A stretch of DNA of 64,000 nt from Neoechinorhynchus agilis (GCA_051530055.1 CM121341.1:3944761-4008760), one strand, 5' to 3'; positions 20,090-31,630 are shown, counted from the first letter of the stretch. Numbers and translations are program-made. The notes: generated from the letters alone by a model not told the origin.

Positions 20090-22030
20090 TCATCCGTGCA
20101 CCGTTTTCTGAACATTGCTGACATCATAGTCGTCATCATAGTCGTATTCATCACTACCTTCGTCGTCATAGTCGTATTCACCACTACGGTCATCGTCGTC
20201 ATAGTTGTATTCGGCACTACCATCATCGTCGTCATAGTTGTATTCGGCACTACCATCATCGTCGTCATAGTTGTATTCGGCACTACCATCATCGTCGTCG
20301 CCGTCGTATTCGACACTACCGTCATCGTCGTATTCATCAACACGGTCACCGTCGTCATCGCCGTATTCATCAAAACGGTCATTGTCGTCATCCTGTACTT
20401 CATTGTAATCTCCGCTATCATTGTCGCCGTCCTCATAGCCGTTTTCGCCCCCCTCAGTAGTTCTTTCCTCTGTGGTGTTAGTCTCCGCTGTGAATGTTAT
20501 TCCCTCGGAAGTAGTAGTCTCATCTGCGGTTGTTGTTTCAGTAGTGGTGGTCTCCTCTGTTGTTGTAATCACCTCCATAATTCTTTCCTCTGTTGTTGTT
20601 TCTTCTGTTTTTGTTATTTCCCCTGGGCTTGATATTTCCTCTGTTGTAGTAGCTTGCTCTGGGGTTGTTGTTGTTGCTTTTGTAGTGGTCTCCTCATTGG
20701 TGGTCTTTTCAGTGGATGTTTCTTCTGCTGTGGTAGCATCCTTTGTTGTTGTTTCTTCTGTTGTGGTAGCATCTTTTGTTGTTGTTTCTTCTGTAGTGCG
20801 GGTCTCCTCAGTAGATGTTCGCTCTGTTGTGGTAGTCGCTTCCGTAGTTGTTTCCTCTGTTGTGGTATCCTGTGTTTTTGCTATTTCCTCTGTTGTGGTA
20901 GTCTCCTCTGTGGTTGTTTTCTCGGTAGTGGCGGTCTCCTCAGTAGATGTTTCCTCTGTTGTGGTAGTCGCTTCCGTAGTTGTTTCCTCTGTTGTGGTAT
21001 CCTGTGTTTTTGCTATTTCCTCTTGGTTTGCTATTTCCTCTGTTGTGGTAGCTTCGCCTGTGGCTGATTCTTCTGTAGTGCTGGTCTTCTCATTGGTGGG
21101 CTCCTCAGTTGGTGTTTCCTCTGAGTTTGCTATTTCCTCCGCTGTGGTAGCTTCCCCTGTGGTTGTTGTTGCTTCTGTAGTGGTCTCCCCATTGGTGGTC
21201 TCTTCAGTGGATGTTTTCTCTGATGTGCTAGTCTCCTCCGTAGTTGTTTCATCTGCTGTTGTTTCCTCTGTATTTTCTATTTCCTCTGAGTTTGCTATTT
21301 CCTCTGTGGTTGTTGCTTCTGTAGTGGTCTCCCCATTGGTGGTCTCTTCAGTGGATGTTTCCTCTGATGTGCTAGTCGCCTTCGTAGTTGTTTCCTCCGT
21401 TGTTGTTTCCTCTGTATTTTCTATTTCCTCTGGGTTTGCTATTTCCTCTGTTGTGGCAGCATCCTCTGAAGTTGTTGTTGCTTCTGTAGTGGTCTCCTCA
21501 TTGTTGGTCTCTTCAGTGGATGTTTCCTCTGATGTGCTAGTCGCCTCCGTAGTTGCTTCCTCTGTTGTTGTATCCTGTGTTGTTGTTTCTTCTGTTGCTG
21601 TTTCCTGTGTTGTTGTTTCCTCTGTGGTTGTTTCCTCTGTTGTTGTTTCCTCTGCTGTGCTAGTCGCCTCCGTAGTTGTTTCCTCCGTTGTGGTATCCAG
21701 TGTTTTTGCCATTTCCTCTGAGTTCGCCATTTGCTCTGTTTTGGTAGTCTCCTCTGTGATTGTTTCCTCTGTGATTGTTGTTTCCTCCGTAGTCGTTGGT
21801 TGGGCTGTTGTAGATTTTCTGCTATTTGGCTGACAAAATGTTAAAATATATTGATTGCAATAAAGGTCGGAATTATAGTCATCTTGTTTTCCGGTGTTGT
21901 GAGGCTCAAATTTTACTGAAAAGTTTTTCGGAATGCGTGTGTTGATGTAATCACTTTGTGAAGGTAATCCTGCAACGAGGTGAATCATGGTAGCAATTAG
22001 GGCAATTGTTATTAGTCGAATGATCTCCAT
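20090..22030 (-). CDS. Secreted Thr/Glu-rich mucin-like protein with Asp/Tyr-rich tail, copy 1, 646 aa, intronless
   Basis: Signal-peptide-like N-terminus (MEIIRLITIALIATMIHLVAG), short YCNQYILTFC Cys pair, about 430 aa of TTEETT repeats, and a DDDDGSAEYNY-repeat tail. Confidence 0.85.
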   Translation of the reverse strand: MEIIRLITIALIATMIHLVAGLPSQSDYINTRIPKNFSVKFEPHNTGKQDDYNSDLYCNQYILTFCQPNSRKSTTAQPTTTEETTITEETITEETTKTEQMANSEEMAKTLDTTTEETTTEATSTAEETTTEETTTEETTTQETATEETTTQDTTTEEATTEATSTSEETSTEETNNEETTTEATTTSEDAATTEEIANPEEIENTEETTTEETTTKATSTSEETSTEETTNGETTTEATTTEEIANSEEIENTEETTADETTTEETSTSEKTSTEETTNGETTTEATTTTGEATTAEEIANSEETPTEEPTNEKTSTTEESATGEATTTEEIANQEEIAKTQDTTTEETTTEATTTTEETSTEETATTEKTTTEETTTTEEIAKTQDTTTEETTTEATTTTERTSTEETRTTEETTTKDATTTEETTTKDATTAEETSTEKTTNEETTTKATTTTPEQATTTEEISSPGEITKTEETTTEERIMEVITTTEETTTTETTTADETTTSEGITFTAETNTTEERTTEGGENGYEDGDNDSGDYNEVQDDDNDRFDEYGDDDGDRVDEYDDDGSVEYDGDDDDGSAEYNYDDDDGSAEYNYDDDDGSAEYNYDDDDRSGEYDYDDEGSDEYDYDDDYDVSNVQKTVHG

Positions 22031-22549
22031 CGTTTTTGCGGTGATTCGTGTTCAATGCATTCCATAGAGACTTTCGTGAGATTTTATCTTTTCTGTGTGT
22101 GTCACAAACTCCGCTTCATATGTTGATCGTTGTTGTCGCATTGATCGAAAGGGAGATATACTCAGTTTACTTTATTGCGTCTAGGTTTGTTTTTATTGAC
22201 AAACATTTGTGTTTGTTTATTATACTAGTACAAACACTTGACGATTATATTTTTGTTTTCCATAGCTTTTAATATTTATGTGTTTTTGTTCTCCCAACGT
22301 AATTTTATGAGTAATGTTGAGGTCCGGTAGATTTTTTAGCGAAAATTTCTCAAGTAACACACTCTCAATTCTAAATCTTGACAAGCGGCCCGCCATTCAT
22401 CATTTATCCATCCTCTTCAAGGTTCCTTTAGTTTCTCTGGTTTTGTTTGTTCGAATTCTTTACTACGCGTAGGGATTCCCACAGTCAAAAGCCCAAATAT
22501 TGCTTAGTTTCACCTATTGACAAGAACTAAATTTTATTAGGATTGGAAA

Positions 22550-24440
22550 TGTCGATATGTGAGGTAACAGTGAATGGGATTATAATTATTTTTTAGGTCT
22601 ACACCCGGTCAATGACTGTTTATTAAAGACGTTTCGAACCCCGTCGGGTTCATCATCAGTTCCAAAATACAAGTGGATAAGTAATTATTTCTCTCTCACA
22701 CGCGCTTATGGTTGATTGTGTTTTTCCATTTTTTAGCTGTGCAGACCGAGCTTGTATCCTCGTCGGTCATTCATGTCTCTGTTTTTTGATTAAGATGGCG
22801 TCCTTAATTAAGCGTTGAAAGTTATTGCGATAACTTGCTAAAACCTTCGTTTGGTCATAGTTGACCACGTGGCTATTTTGCACCTCGTGTAGTGCAATAT
22901 TCAACGCTACCACCTTCTTAATCTTGGACCGTTTATATTCTGCCGATCTCGTTTTCAGATTCCGGCCTGTTTGTCCGATGTAATTGCTGTTGCATTGGCT
23001 ACAAGCAACTTTGTGGACAACAGCTCTCTTTTCCACCTCCTGGTATTTCCGGGAAATAGGGTTCCCTATCAGCACTGAAGGTTGAAAATAAAATTGGCAT
23101 TTTATCGGCAGACCGCTGTTCTTCACAATCCTTGAAATTTTGTTGCGCGAACGGTTGGTTTGTGGGCCTGTGTCTGGCACTCCAATGCGCGGGTCCATTT
23201 GATTCGGGCCCTTGGATGTTTCTTTTGACTGGGTATTCCTCGCACGGTCCACTTGCTCTCGCGCTGAACTAAGAACATCTTTGGGATTCCCCAACGTGCT
23301 CAAAATTCGTCTCAGCTGTTGGATTTCATCACTGAGGCACTCCTCACTGCAGATGTTGTAGGCACGATGTAGAAAGCCTTTGAATATACCAACTTTTGTG
23401 CTCCTGTTATGGGCACTGCTCTACAGTATATAATTATTTGTTTCAGTTGGCTTTCTATAGACCGATGTAGTAATATGTGTTCCATTTTTTTGAATCAACT
23501 CATCTAGAAACGGAAACCTTCCATTTTCATCGGACCTATTCATAGTGAATTTTATTCGATTATGATGGCGGCTGAGATGTTCCACGTCCCCGGGCCAAAT
23601 CACGAATATATTATCTACATATCTTTTGTGGAAGACTGGTTTGATCGCATACGTTTCCATTTCGTTTTTTCCAGGTGATCCATGAAAAGATTGGCCAGAA
23701 CTAGAGCAATAGGTGAGCCCATGGCCCTACTTTTGAACATAATACTTTCCATCAAACTCGAAACTTGCCCCGCAAGCCAACTCAAGCAGATTCTTTAGGT
23801 GTGTTTTGGGATCGATTCCCCGAAGAACCGGTAGGTGTGTGGTCGCCGCATTTATGGCATCCTCGACGCAGACATTGGTATAATGGAGGGATACCACATC
23901 CATTGTGAAAATTGTACATTTTTCCGGAGTGTTGGTCTCCCTCAGTTTCTCGACGAAATCTCTCGAATTCTTCACATTGGCAGCTACTTGTGATGTTACC
24001 TCTGTCAAGCACATAACCAGGAACTTTCCCAAATTGTAACTGAAACTGGCATTCATTGATACGATTGGTCTCAGGGCACATTCTTTATTCGCTTTCTTAT
24101 GGCAGACCATACAACATCGGAATAGGAATGTAGCACCTCGTTCACATATCTCCGCATGTACGGCCTACATTTTCGGATTATAATCCCCTTTTTCCAGAGC
24201 TATCATTAAATTTCCCTTGTCCGATCATAGGAAAGCAAACTGATTACCTGCGACGTCTCCAAAATTTCCTAAAAAGTCGAGATTCGTCGCTAAGTTCAAT
24301 GGCGCCCTTTTGTCCTATCTCTTCTTTGTGAGAACATAGTGAACAATACAATCTAACATAAGCGCGTGTTGGAGCAGAATAACTATTTCAAAACTTACTT
24401 TTTAGAGCTGATGATGTACAAGACGAGGCTCCTCGACTTT
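22550..24440 (-). mobile_element. Penelope-like family B element (RT + GIY-YIG) with 3' pLTR and inverted 5' pLTR
   Basis: LRPIVS, MDVVSLHYTNV, AMGSP, KRYVDNIF, PFLD, VYRKPT and KVACSQCNSNYIGQTGRNLKTR. The 3' pLTR (22712-22550, minus) has an inverted homolog at 24357-24440 (plus: cataagcgcgtgt...gagctgatgatg). Confidence 0.9.
22625..22663 (-). ncRNA. Minimal type I hammerhead ribozyme motif in PLE pLTR
   Basis: GAA-CUGAUGA-U-GAACCC(GACG)GGGUUC-GAAA-CGUC-UUU: intact core, 6-bp stem II, palindromic ACGU helix III, GUC cleavage triplet, 3-bp stem I. Activity untested. Confidence 0.72.
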
Positions 24441-24594
24441 TAAGAAGATGATATTCATCAAATTAAAAAATATTTGAGTTGAAAATGGCCCACACGACTG
24501 ATCAAATAAATAATTTTTGAATTCATCAGACGCGCATCATTCAGCTTTTCATTACTAATTACCTAGTTATAAATAATCATTGATTCCAAACATC

Positions 24595-25990
24595 CCAATG
24601 ACGGCGGGTCGCCTGGTATTTCACCTGCCCAAAAGCGATTGCTGAAAGCTGCTTGTTCCTTGCAGTTTCTGGAGTCAGTGAAGCGGCGAAAATATGGCAC
24701 CATCGGAACAATCACCGCTGGATTTTTAACCAAGGTTGGAAAATCACGCAAGGTCAAAGGATCCCAAAGCAGCCAACTATTTTTATAAGATATTCCTATG
24801 TTCTCATCCGGACCTCGAAATTAGTAATCTTCTAGGATGCTGCATTATTGGTTCTAATGTTGAAGCTGAGATTGTAGATTTTTAGTCGCAACTTTCGGTG
24901 CTGCGCGAACGAGTTGATGAATTGCCTTCACTTGAGGTTCTTTTCCTGATCACGAACACATTCTTTATTCCAAAAATACTGTATAAGCTTTGCACAGCAT
25001 ATTTTTTTAGACACAAGAATAAGCTGGTAAAATTAGACGAGACGGTGAAAGCCTCTTTCGACAAAATTTTAAATACTCAGCTGCCGGACGAGGCGTGGAG
25101 TGTCGTGTGGCGGTTTGGGTATCCAAAAAGTAGCCGATATTTCTCTGTCAGCTTACTTGGCACAGTATGAAGCAAGCCGCAAAATAGTTAAGCCTTTTCT
25201 TGGCGAGAATTACACTTTGGATGACGATATCGTGCAGGCGTTTAATCTCTGGTGTAGGGATTCAAGCAGCCAGCAGATACCCGTCAATGCTTGCATACAA
25301 CCAGTTTGGGATTCGTTTGCGGGGTAGCGAGAATTCATAACTCTTTAATTTCAGATTCTCGTGACCTGGTGAACTGAACACGATTGGCGGCAGTCTCTTG
25401 AAGAGAATCCGGTGCTTGGCTCAACGCTATCTCAATCGCTTTTGTGGGTATCCTGCTTTCCAACGAGTATCCCATCGCTGCCGTTGTGGAGCGACCGTGG
25501 AACATCAGGCGGAAAATACTCACGACATGCCGAAATGAACGCAATTCTTAGTCGTGCTGAATACTGTGAATACGCTTAACATCCTAGAGCCGAGCAATCT
25601 TTGCCAACTCGATGGCCAGCAAAATAAAGTTGGCCGCTGTTAAGAAAAGGGGGGCAATAGCTGCTGCTGAGCACCGCAGAAAGACCAAATACAAGGACTT
25701 TGTTGAGAATCATCATTTCTTTGGTGTCGAGGCACTCGGGTCGTTTTGTACCGCGGCGCAGGATCTGCTAAAGACGAATCACTATCCATCCGAGATCGGG
25801 AGCATTCCTCCTGTAAAAAATAAGTCTAACTCCGCAACGGAAGGGAAATGCAGCATCCGTCTTTTCGACCGTTACACCATGACGGCAGCTTAGTGATCCT
25901 GAGCGGAGGTGTGAATATTCGTAGAATCCTGTTAAGGTGGATTAAATTAAATGCGAATATTTCATGGATCATATACGCAATCTAAATAAG
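24595..25990 (+). mobile_element. Second CRE-clade LINE family, internally deleted fragments
   Basis: LFLITNTFFIPKILYKLCTAYFF...QLPDEAW...GGLGI, and AAAEHRRKTKYKDFVENHHFFGVEALG; duplicated at 51720-53110. Confidence 0.8.
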
Positions 25991-27429
25991 TGAGCCAGAG
26001 CGCCGAAGATTATTTTCGCTGCAAATTTCTTTATTCCATTTAAAATCTTTTAATCTATACCGAGTACGTAAACATGAGACTCATTAAAGGAATTATGTTA
26101 TTTTGATGCATAATTTCCCAAACATTTGCGATGGAATTACATTTCCTAACATATCTGCCCCTTAATAAAACTGATTTTGTGGAAAAATAATGGATCGATT
26201 ATAAGAATAATCACATTATTTAATTACGTCACAGTAACTTAAGACATTATTCTGTGTATTTCGATTGCACTTACTTCAACTGTTAGGAATGTCATTTGTT
26301 TTCCAATTTTAAAGGGAGCGAGTTCAGCAAAATGCTTGCTTTTTCTTCATTGATCTCGTCCTCGCCCTGTGCTCCCCAATTGCAATGCCGATTCGACCCT
26401 TTTAATAGGAAACTGTGTGATTTCTTCTTTTGCTAAAAACTGTAACATTAAAAACGACAATTTGGTCAATAATCTGTTTTCTATCATTCTCTGGTCGCAA
26501 TTTGCATTCCCTCGGGCAATATTCGGGAGCATCCAATTGCTCTTGAATAATATCACTCAGTCGTTTTTAATGTTCAATACTTTCTACATTCTTAATGAAC
26601 ACGATTCTCGAAATAGAAGCATCAATAATGGGTTCTTTAGTGTTCTTCAAGGATCTTTTGACTATACAAACCTAAAAACACATTGTTTTTTGTCTACTGA
26701 CAAGCCGGTTACAATAATTAGGTGTTTAAACCATCCCTTACTCTCGGCTTATTTTTCCTTTAGGTATACAGCCAACCGATATCTCAGATCTGAGTTTCTA
26801 CATTTCGAAGTTTTGTCGAGGTGATTGAGTGGACTTGAGCCAAAATCTAATATCGCCGATTATTGATAACGAAATGGGGCGAAATATCGCTGAAAAAAAC
26901 TCACTGATGAGTCCCACCTTCTCGCTAAGTATCTGAGGATCCGAAGGGATGCGTACAAACTCATTTCCGTATGGTTCAATCTAATTGATTCAATAACTTC
27001 CTTGATGCAAGATATCGGTTGGCTGCGTGCCTAAAGAAAATGTAGGCCGAGTAAGGGATAATCTTGCACTTAATTAATATAATCTGTATAAATAGTCCCT
27101 GTTTATCGTAAAAATCGATTCTATATTCATCTCGTCCGTCATCATATAGTTCTTGATACCGTTGGTATTGTATATCGGCAATTATTTGGTCTTCTAAAAA
27201 CCTTGTAAAATACTATTTGATTTTCTAGCTGCGTGATTACTCACGTTTTGTTTTCGAAAATAAACACTTGGTAGAGGGCCGTTGTTATGATAAATTAAAT
27301 CTTTATTTTCGATCTTCTGCCATCTTCTTCAGGAATCTAAAAAAGCGCGTGGAGATGTGAAGTAAGTGTTAAAGTAACAACATTGAAGTGTGTGGAAAGT
27401 CGGCCACAAACCTAACTCGCGCAGAGTGT

Positions 27430-27640
27430 TTTTTCTTCTCCGTCGCTGTGGCACTCTGAGTGGGGTTTCGCGCATGGGGTAGGCATGATTTTGCGTTTGG
27501 ATTAAGGGCGTTGCGAACGTGCCACTGAGTTTTGCAAATGTAGATGACCCCGCGATTGTGATTGGTGAAACATCGTTCGCAGATCATCTCTAAGACCATG
27601 TTGCACCGAGCGCAAATCAACTCTTGTCTTCCATTTTTAT
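27430..27640 (-). mobile_element. GIY-YIG remnant related to PLE family A
   Basis: VLEMICERC...VIYICKT..HVRNALNPNAKS versus family A YEISCERC...YIGKT...HVRNALNLNAQS. Confidence 0.65.
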
Positions 27641-27689
27641 CCACGGACTTACCTGGTCCATGCGTACACTTCAAGAACAATGCTGGACA

Positions 27690-29845
27690 TTATTCCGGCG
27701 GGACATGAGCATTAGTTTGCACTTTTCATCGGCTCATATTTCCCCGAACAGTTAAATCCGAACAAATCTTTCGACTTATTCTCACAATTCGGTTCCGAAC
27801 CCAAAAATCGAACTATTCTCCATCGGTCCGATACCGCATCGAACCAATTCTATATCTCTGGTCTTTTACCAGTAACGGCCGACCATTAGTGTTAGAATTG
27901 GTTGTTGGGATCGCGCCCCGACCCCTCGATTGCAATGGGCTCTTTGTTAAATCTAATAGAATCTGCGATGAAGGCCTCCTTTCCACGCAAAACAATACGA
28001 ATTTCGAATCGCGACACTCCATGGTTCTCGCCTTTTCTAAAAACCCTTCAAATGCAGGTCACCAAAGCTTTCCGGTCAGGCAATCCCGCTTACCCCTCCC
28101 TCCACTCCACACTGACGAAACGCATCCGTATAGCCCGCAAAGTATTCCTCTCATCCCGTCTCGTCCATTCCCAATCGAAACTGGTGACGTGAAATAAAAA
28201 ATGTCACTGGTCTTGGTAGATCCACCCCTCCGCATCTCTCCCCAAATCTGATCTCCTCTCAATCCATAACTCCATGAATAAAAACCTCTGTCCTCCCTAA
28301 ACCTCCCATCCATTGTCCCAACCTCCCTCCCCACCTTTTGACCCGCCCATTCATACATGTCCTTCCTTAGTTTCCCCTCTCGAAATCCTAGAGATCCTTA
28401 AACGCTTGCCCCGCCATTCTTCCCCTAATTCGACTATCCCAAATTGGGCCATTCGTCTCATCATCCCGGAACTTATCGATCCTCTAACGATCCTAACGAA
28501 CCTTAGCTTTCTACTGGATTCCTTCCCATCGTGTCATTAGGAAGCCCGTGTCGTCCCGCTACCCAAAAACGATAAGCCGATTTCCCCCACATCCTTTGGT
28601 CCTATCTCTATCCTCTCACCTTTCTCTAAAATCCTAGAAAAATGTTTTAAAACCCGTCTACTTCCCTTCTTCCTCAAAAACATCTCCCCTTCCCAATTCG
28701 CTTTCCGTCCCAATTGCTCTTGTCCTGATGCCCTCCTCTGCAGTGCAGCATCAACCGTTTGTCTCGTGCAACTGGATATTTCCAGGGCGTTTGAGTCGGT
28801 AGATCACTCCATTCTCCTCCAATCATGTGCTTTCTTTGGCCTCCCAACTTGGCAACTCGCTTGGATTTCCTTTTTCCTATCCAACCGCGAACAATATATC
28901 CAATGTGGAACTTCTTGCTTCTCTGCTCATATTTAAAGGGGTCCCCCAAGGCGCCGTACTTTCTTGTCTCCTCTTTGACATTTTTCTAAATGACCTTCAT
29001 CCCCTCGCTCCCTCTACCAAATGTTTTCTCTATGCAGATGACCTCACAGTCATTACCATCGCATCTCCCTCTCTCTCTCCCTCTCCACAACCATGGACGA
29101 GCTCAACCATCTCATTTCCTCGCTCTCAACCCTAAAACTCTCCCTAAATTTATCCAAATCTTTTGAGCTTGTCCCCCACATTTCCAAACGCAATCTTATC
29201 CCCGAGCCTCTTCCTCTCCCCATTCAACGCTAAGAAAACCTTAAATGGGATGCCCACATTTAATTTACACTCTCTAAAGTAAACCCTCGTCGTTACCTCC
29301 TCAAACTCCTCCGGCGTCTCGGCGTATCCCCTAAACACCTTGCCCACTTTTATCCTTCTGCCATCCTTCATATCCTTACATACGCTTTCCCCACTTTCCT
29401 CTCCCTCTCCGTCAATGCTCTCCATTCCCTGGAGACCTTCCACAAGAGAGCAGCGAGAATATGCGGGACTTCACTCCATCCCCTCGACACCCACATCCAC
29501 TCCATTTTCTCCATCTTCAGCCCCCTCCACAGTTTTCTTCTTTCATCTCTAAATACTCTTCCTTCGTAAACACCCGTAACCCCAATCTTTTTCATCCCCC
29601 CTCGCTCGTACCACCCTCTACCAAAAATCTTTTTTCCCCCAAGCCCAATCTTTCCTTAATAACCGGAGAACAAGGAAAGACTCCTAATCGGCCATCTCCT
29701 TTACAAAGCCTCCGATCGCACATCAACACCCCTTCAAAAACAAGTCCCACCTCTCTTGCCTTCAACATCCGTCATCCAGACACCGTTCAGCAAAGATAGA
29801 TGCTGACAAGTGTGTGGATCCTGCATTTTTTACATAAATAAAACG
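27690..29845 (+). mobile_element. CR1/L2-like LINE ORF2 remnant (C-rich plus strand)
   Basis: NRDTPWFS, ARVVPLPK..PISPTSFGPISILS, SQFAFRP, GVPQGAVLS, FLYADDLTV; multiple stops and frameshifts. Confidence 0.88.
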
Positions 29846-30101
29846 TGCTTATATAATCATCACTAGAAGGATTTGGAGGCAGATCGGTAAACCAAAATTG
29901 AAGGGAGCACAAATAATCAGAGGATTTAGAGGAACGAAGATCGATAGTTTAAGATCCTGATCGCTTGGGTGGAGCGACCGATATTCGGTTTACTGAGCCA
30001 AAACACGCGATCTTGGAGACGGTTTCAAGACACGTAATGAAAAATTGCGATCTTTATTTGGTGACTTATTGAACTTGAATTAACAATAAAACGAGTTGAA
30101 G

Positions 30102-30395
30102 ATGGTTCATGTAAAAACAGCAGAAAGTGGGAAACTGCGTAAACGTGCAGTAAGTCGATATCCGAGAGCTGGATTGAAATTTCCGTTGAAAGTTAAAAGA
30201 ATTTCACCTAGGTATCTTCTGTTGGCGATCCGTGGTGATGAAGAATTAGACGTTTTGATCAGAGCGACCATTACAGGTGGTGAGGTGATTTCCCACGTTC
30301 ACAAAGCATTGCTTGACAAAAATGATCAGGATATTAAGATGGAAAAGAGAGAACATGAGCCGGAAGTAGAGGAAGCTCGCGATGAAGAACCTTGA
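30102..30395 (+). pseudogene. H2A.Z: H2A.Z-like ORF with in-frame deletion of the central histone fold and an acidic C-terminal extension
   Basis: KAVSR..RAGL.FP-like N-terminus is fused directly to [42 protein letters not shown] (H2A.Z-specific docking domain). About 47 residues are missing. Confidence 0.75.
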
Positions 30396-30879
30396 TCGGA
30401 ATAACGAGGAGGAAGGCGATCTTGACCGCCAAATGATCGTGGAAACATTGAGAAACGAATAGGCGGTATCGAAACCGATCGACTTTTTACCTAAAAACAT
30501 CGCCATCATCGGGTAAAAACAAATAAACAAACAATGGCAAAATATTTACAGGGATAATATTTGCTCCTACACTACCAATAAAGTTAAAAGGATAAAAGAT
30601 CTTTAACGCCCCTTTTCCTCCTTCTTACAGCGATCAGTATCAGATACTAAATTCCGCAACGAAAAAAGATCCTGGTTGGAAATCTTTGCAGCTTAAGAAA
30701 TGAATGCGACTGCAGCGCAGATGAAACGGAGACGATAAACTTTATTATTCCCTGACTTTTTCCCAATAATAACGCTCTTTGTATAGTTTCAGATTAAGCC
30801 ATAAGATCATTCACACCACCGCTAGATTAGTGTTCGTTAATAAACGACGGTTTTATTTCAAAAGGCAAAAATAATGTTG

Positions 30880-31084
30880 GAATTATTGTTTTGAGGTCTA
30901 CATCTGCGGTAAATGATTATTTCGATTAAAGACGTTCTGCGAACGTCACCGTAATCTCATCATCAGTTTGTTCCGGATGAGGTTCGCAGAACGTCTTTTT
31001 AATGAATAATCATTTACCGCGATTATATACTTAAAAACAATAATTCTCTAATCACATTACCCTCCCCTATATATCACATATCGA
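30880..31084. mobile_element. PLE pLTR-derived hairpin retroposon with 14-bp TSD
   Basis: caaaaataatgttg at 30866-30879 and 31085-31098. Inverted arms; the long arm ends cacatatcgac like the PLE-B 3' end. Confidence 0.85.
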
Positions 31085-31630
31085 CAAAAATAATGTTGAT
31101 ATTTATTGATTTTACTAAGCTGCACCAAGGTTTTAAATAAGCACGCCCAATAGTTCATTATAAGCTAAAAATGACAATCTATTATCACCGGTGAAGAACT
31201 CGGCAAAAATCAGTTTCTAAGTGGTATGAAATACAATTGGAAGAGTGCACTGGAAATGACAACGAATATTGTTGTCTTTGATCAGTTTTCAAGTAGCGTG
31301 TTCTTCAGAATATTTCACTTTAAGAACGTCCTATTAATGGCCAATACGTAAATCTGTCTAGTAAATGAATATCAATAATACTAATACAAAACTACATTGG
31401 GCGACGTCGTTGCCCACTCGGATTCGTCAGGTCTTCGTTTATATGCTCTCGAACGGAACAGCAATTTGTTTCATAAGAAAAAGTTCCTCAGGCTAAACGC
31501 TCCGTGTCCTTCATGCACCGAACAGTTCCGATATCCCGCGCAGCAATCTTCAGTAGAACATTATGGTTCTTGTTTTTGCTGTTTCCAACTATCTTCTATA
31601 GCCGACTTCGTTGGCCCAAGGGAATAAGAG

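Noticed and set aside
20026-20436. Met/Thr-rich alternative-frame ORFs at the mucin 3' ends (also 38084-38329 and 47861-48205)
   Set aside because: Frame-shifted readings of the GAT/GAC-rich tail. Only the last residues are discussed, as a possible ancestral frame.
20472-21833. Long plus-strand Val/Ser-rich ORFs (also 38383-39457, 48259-49593 and 20060-20632)
   Set aside because: Antisense shadows of the Thr/Glu and Asp repeats, whose codons lack reverse-strand stops.
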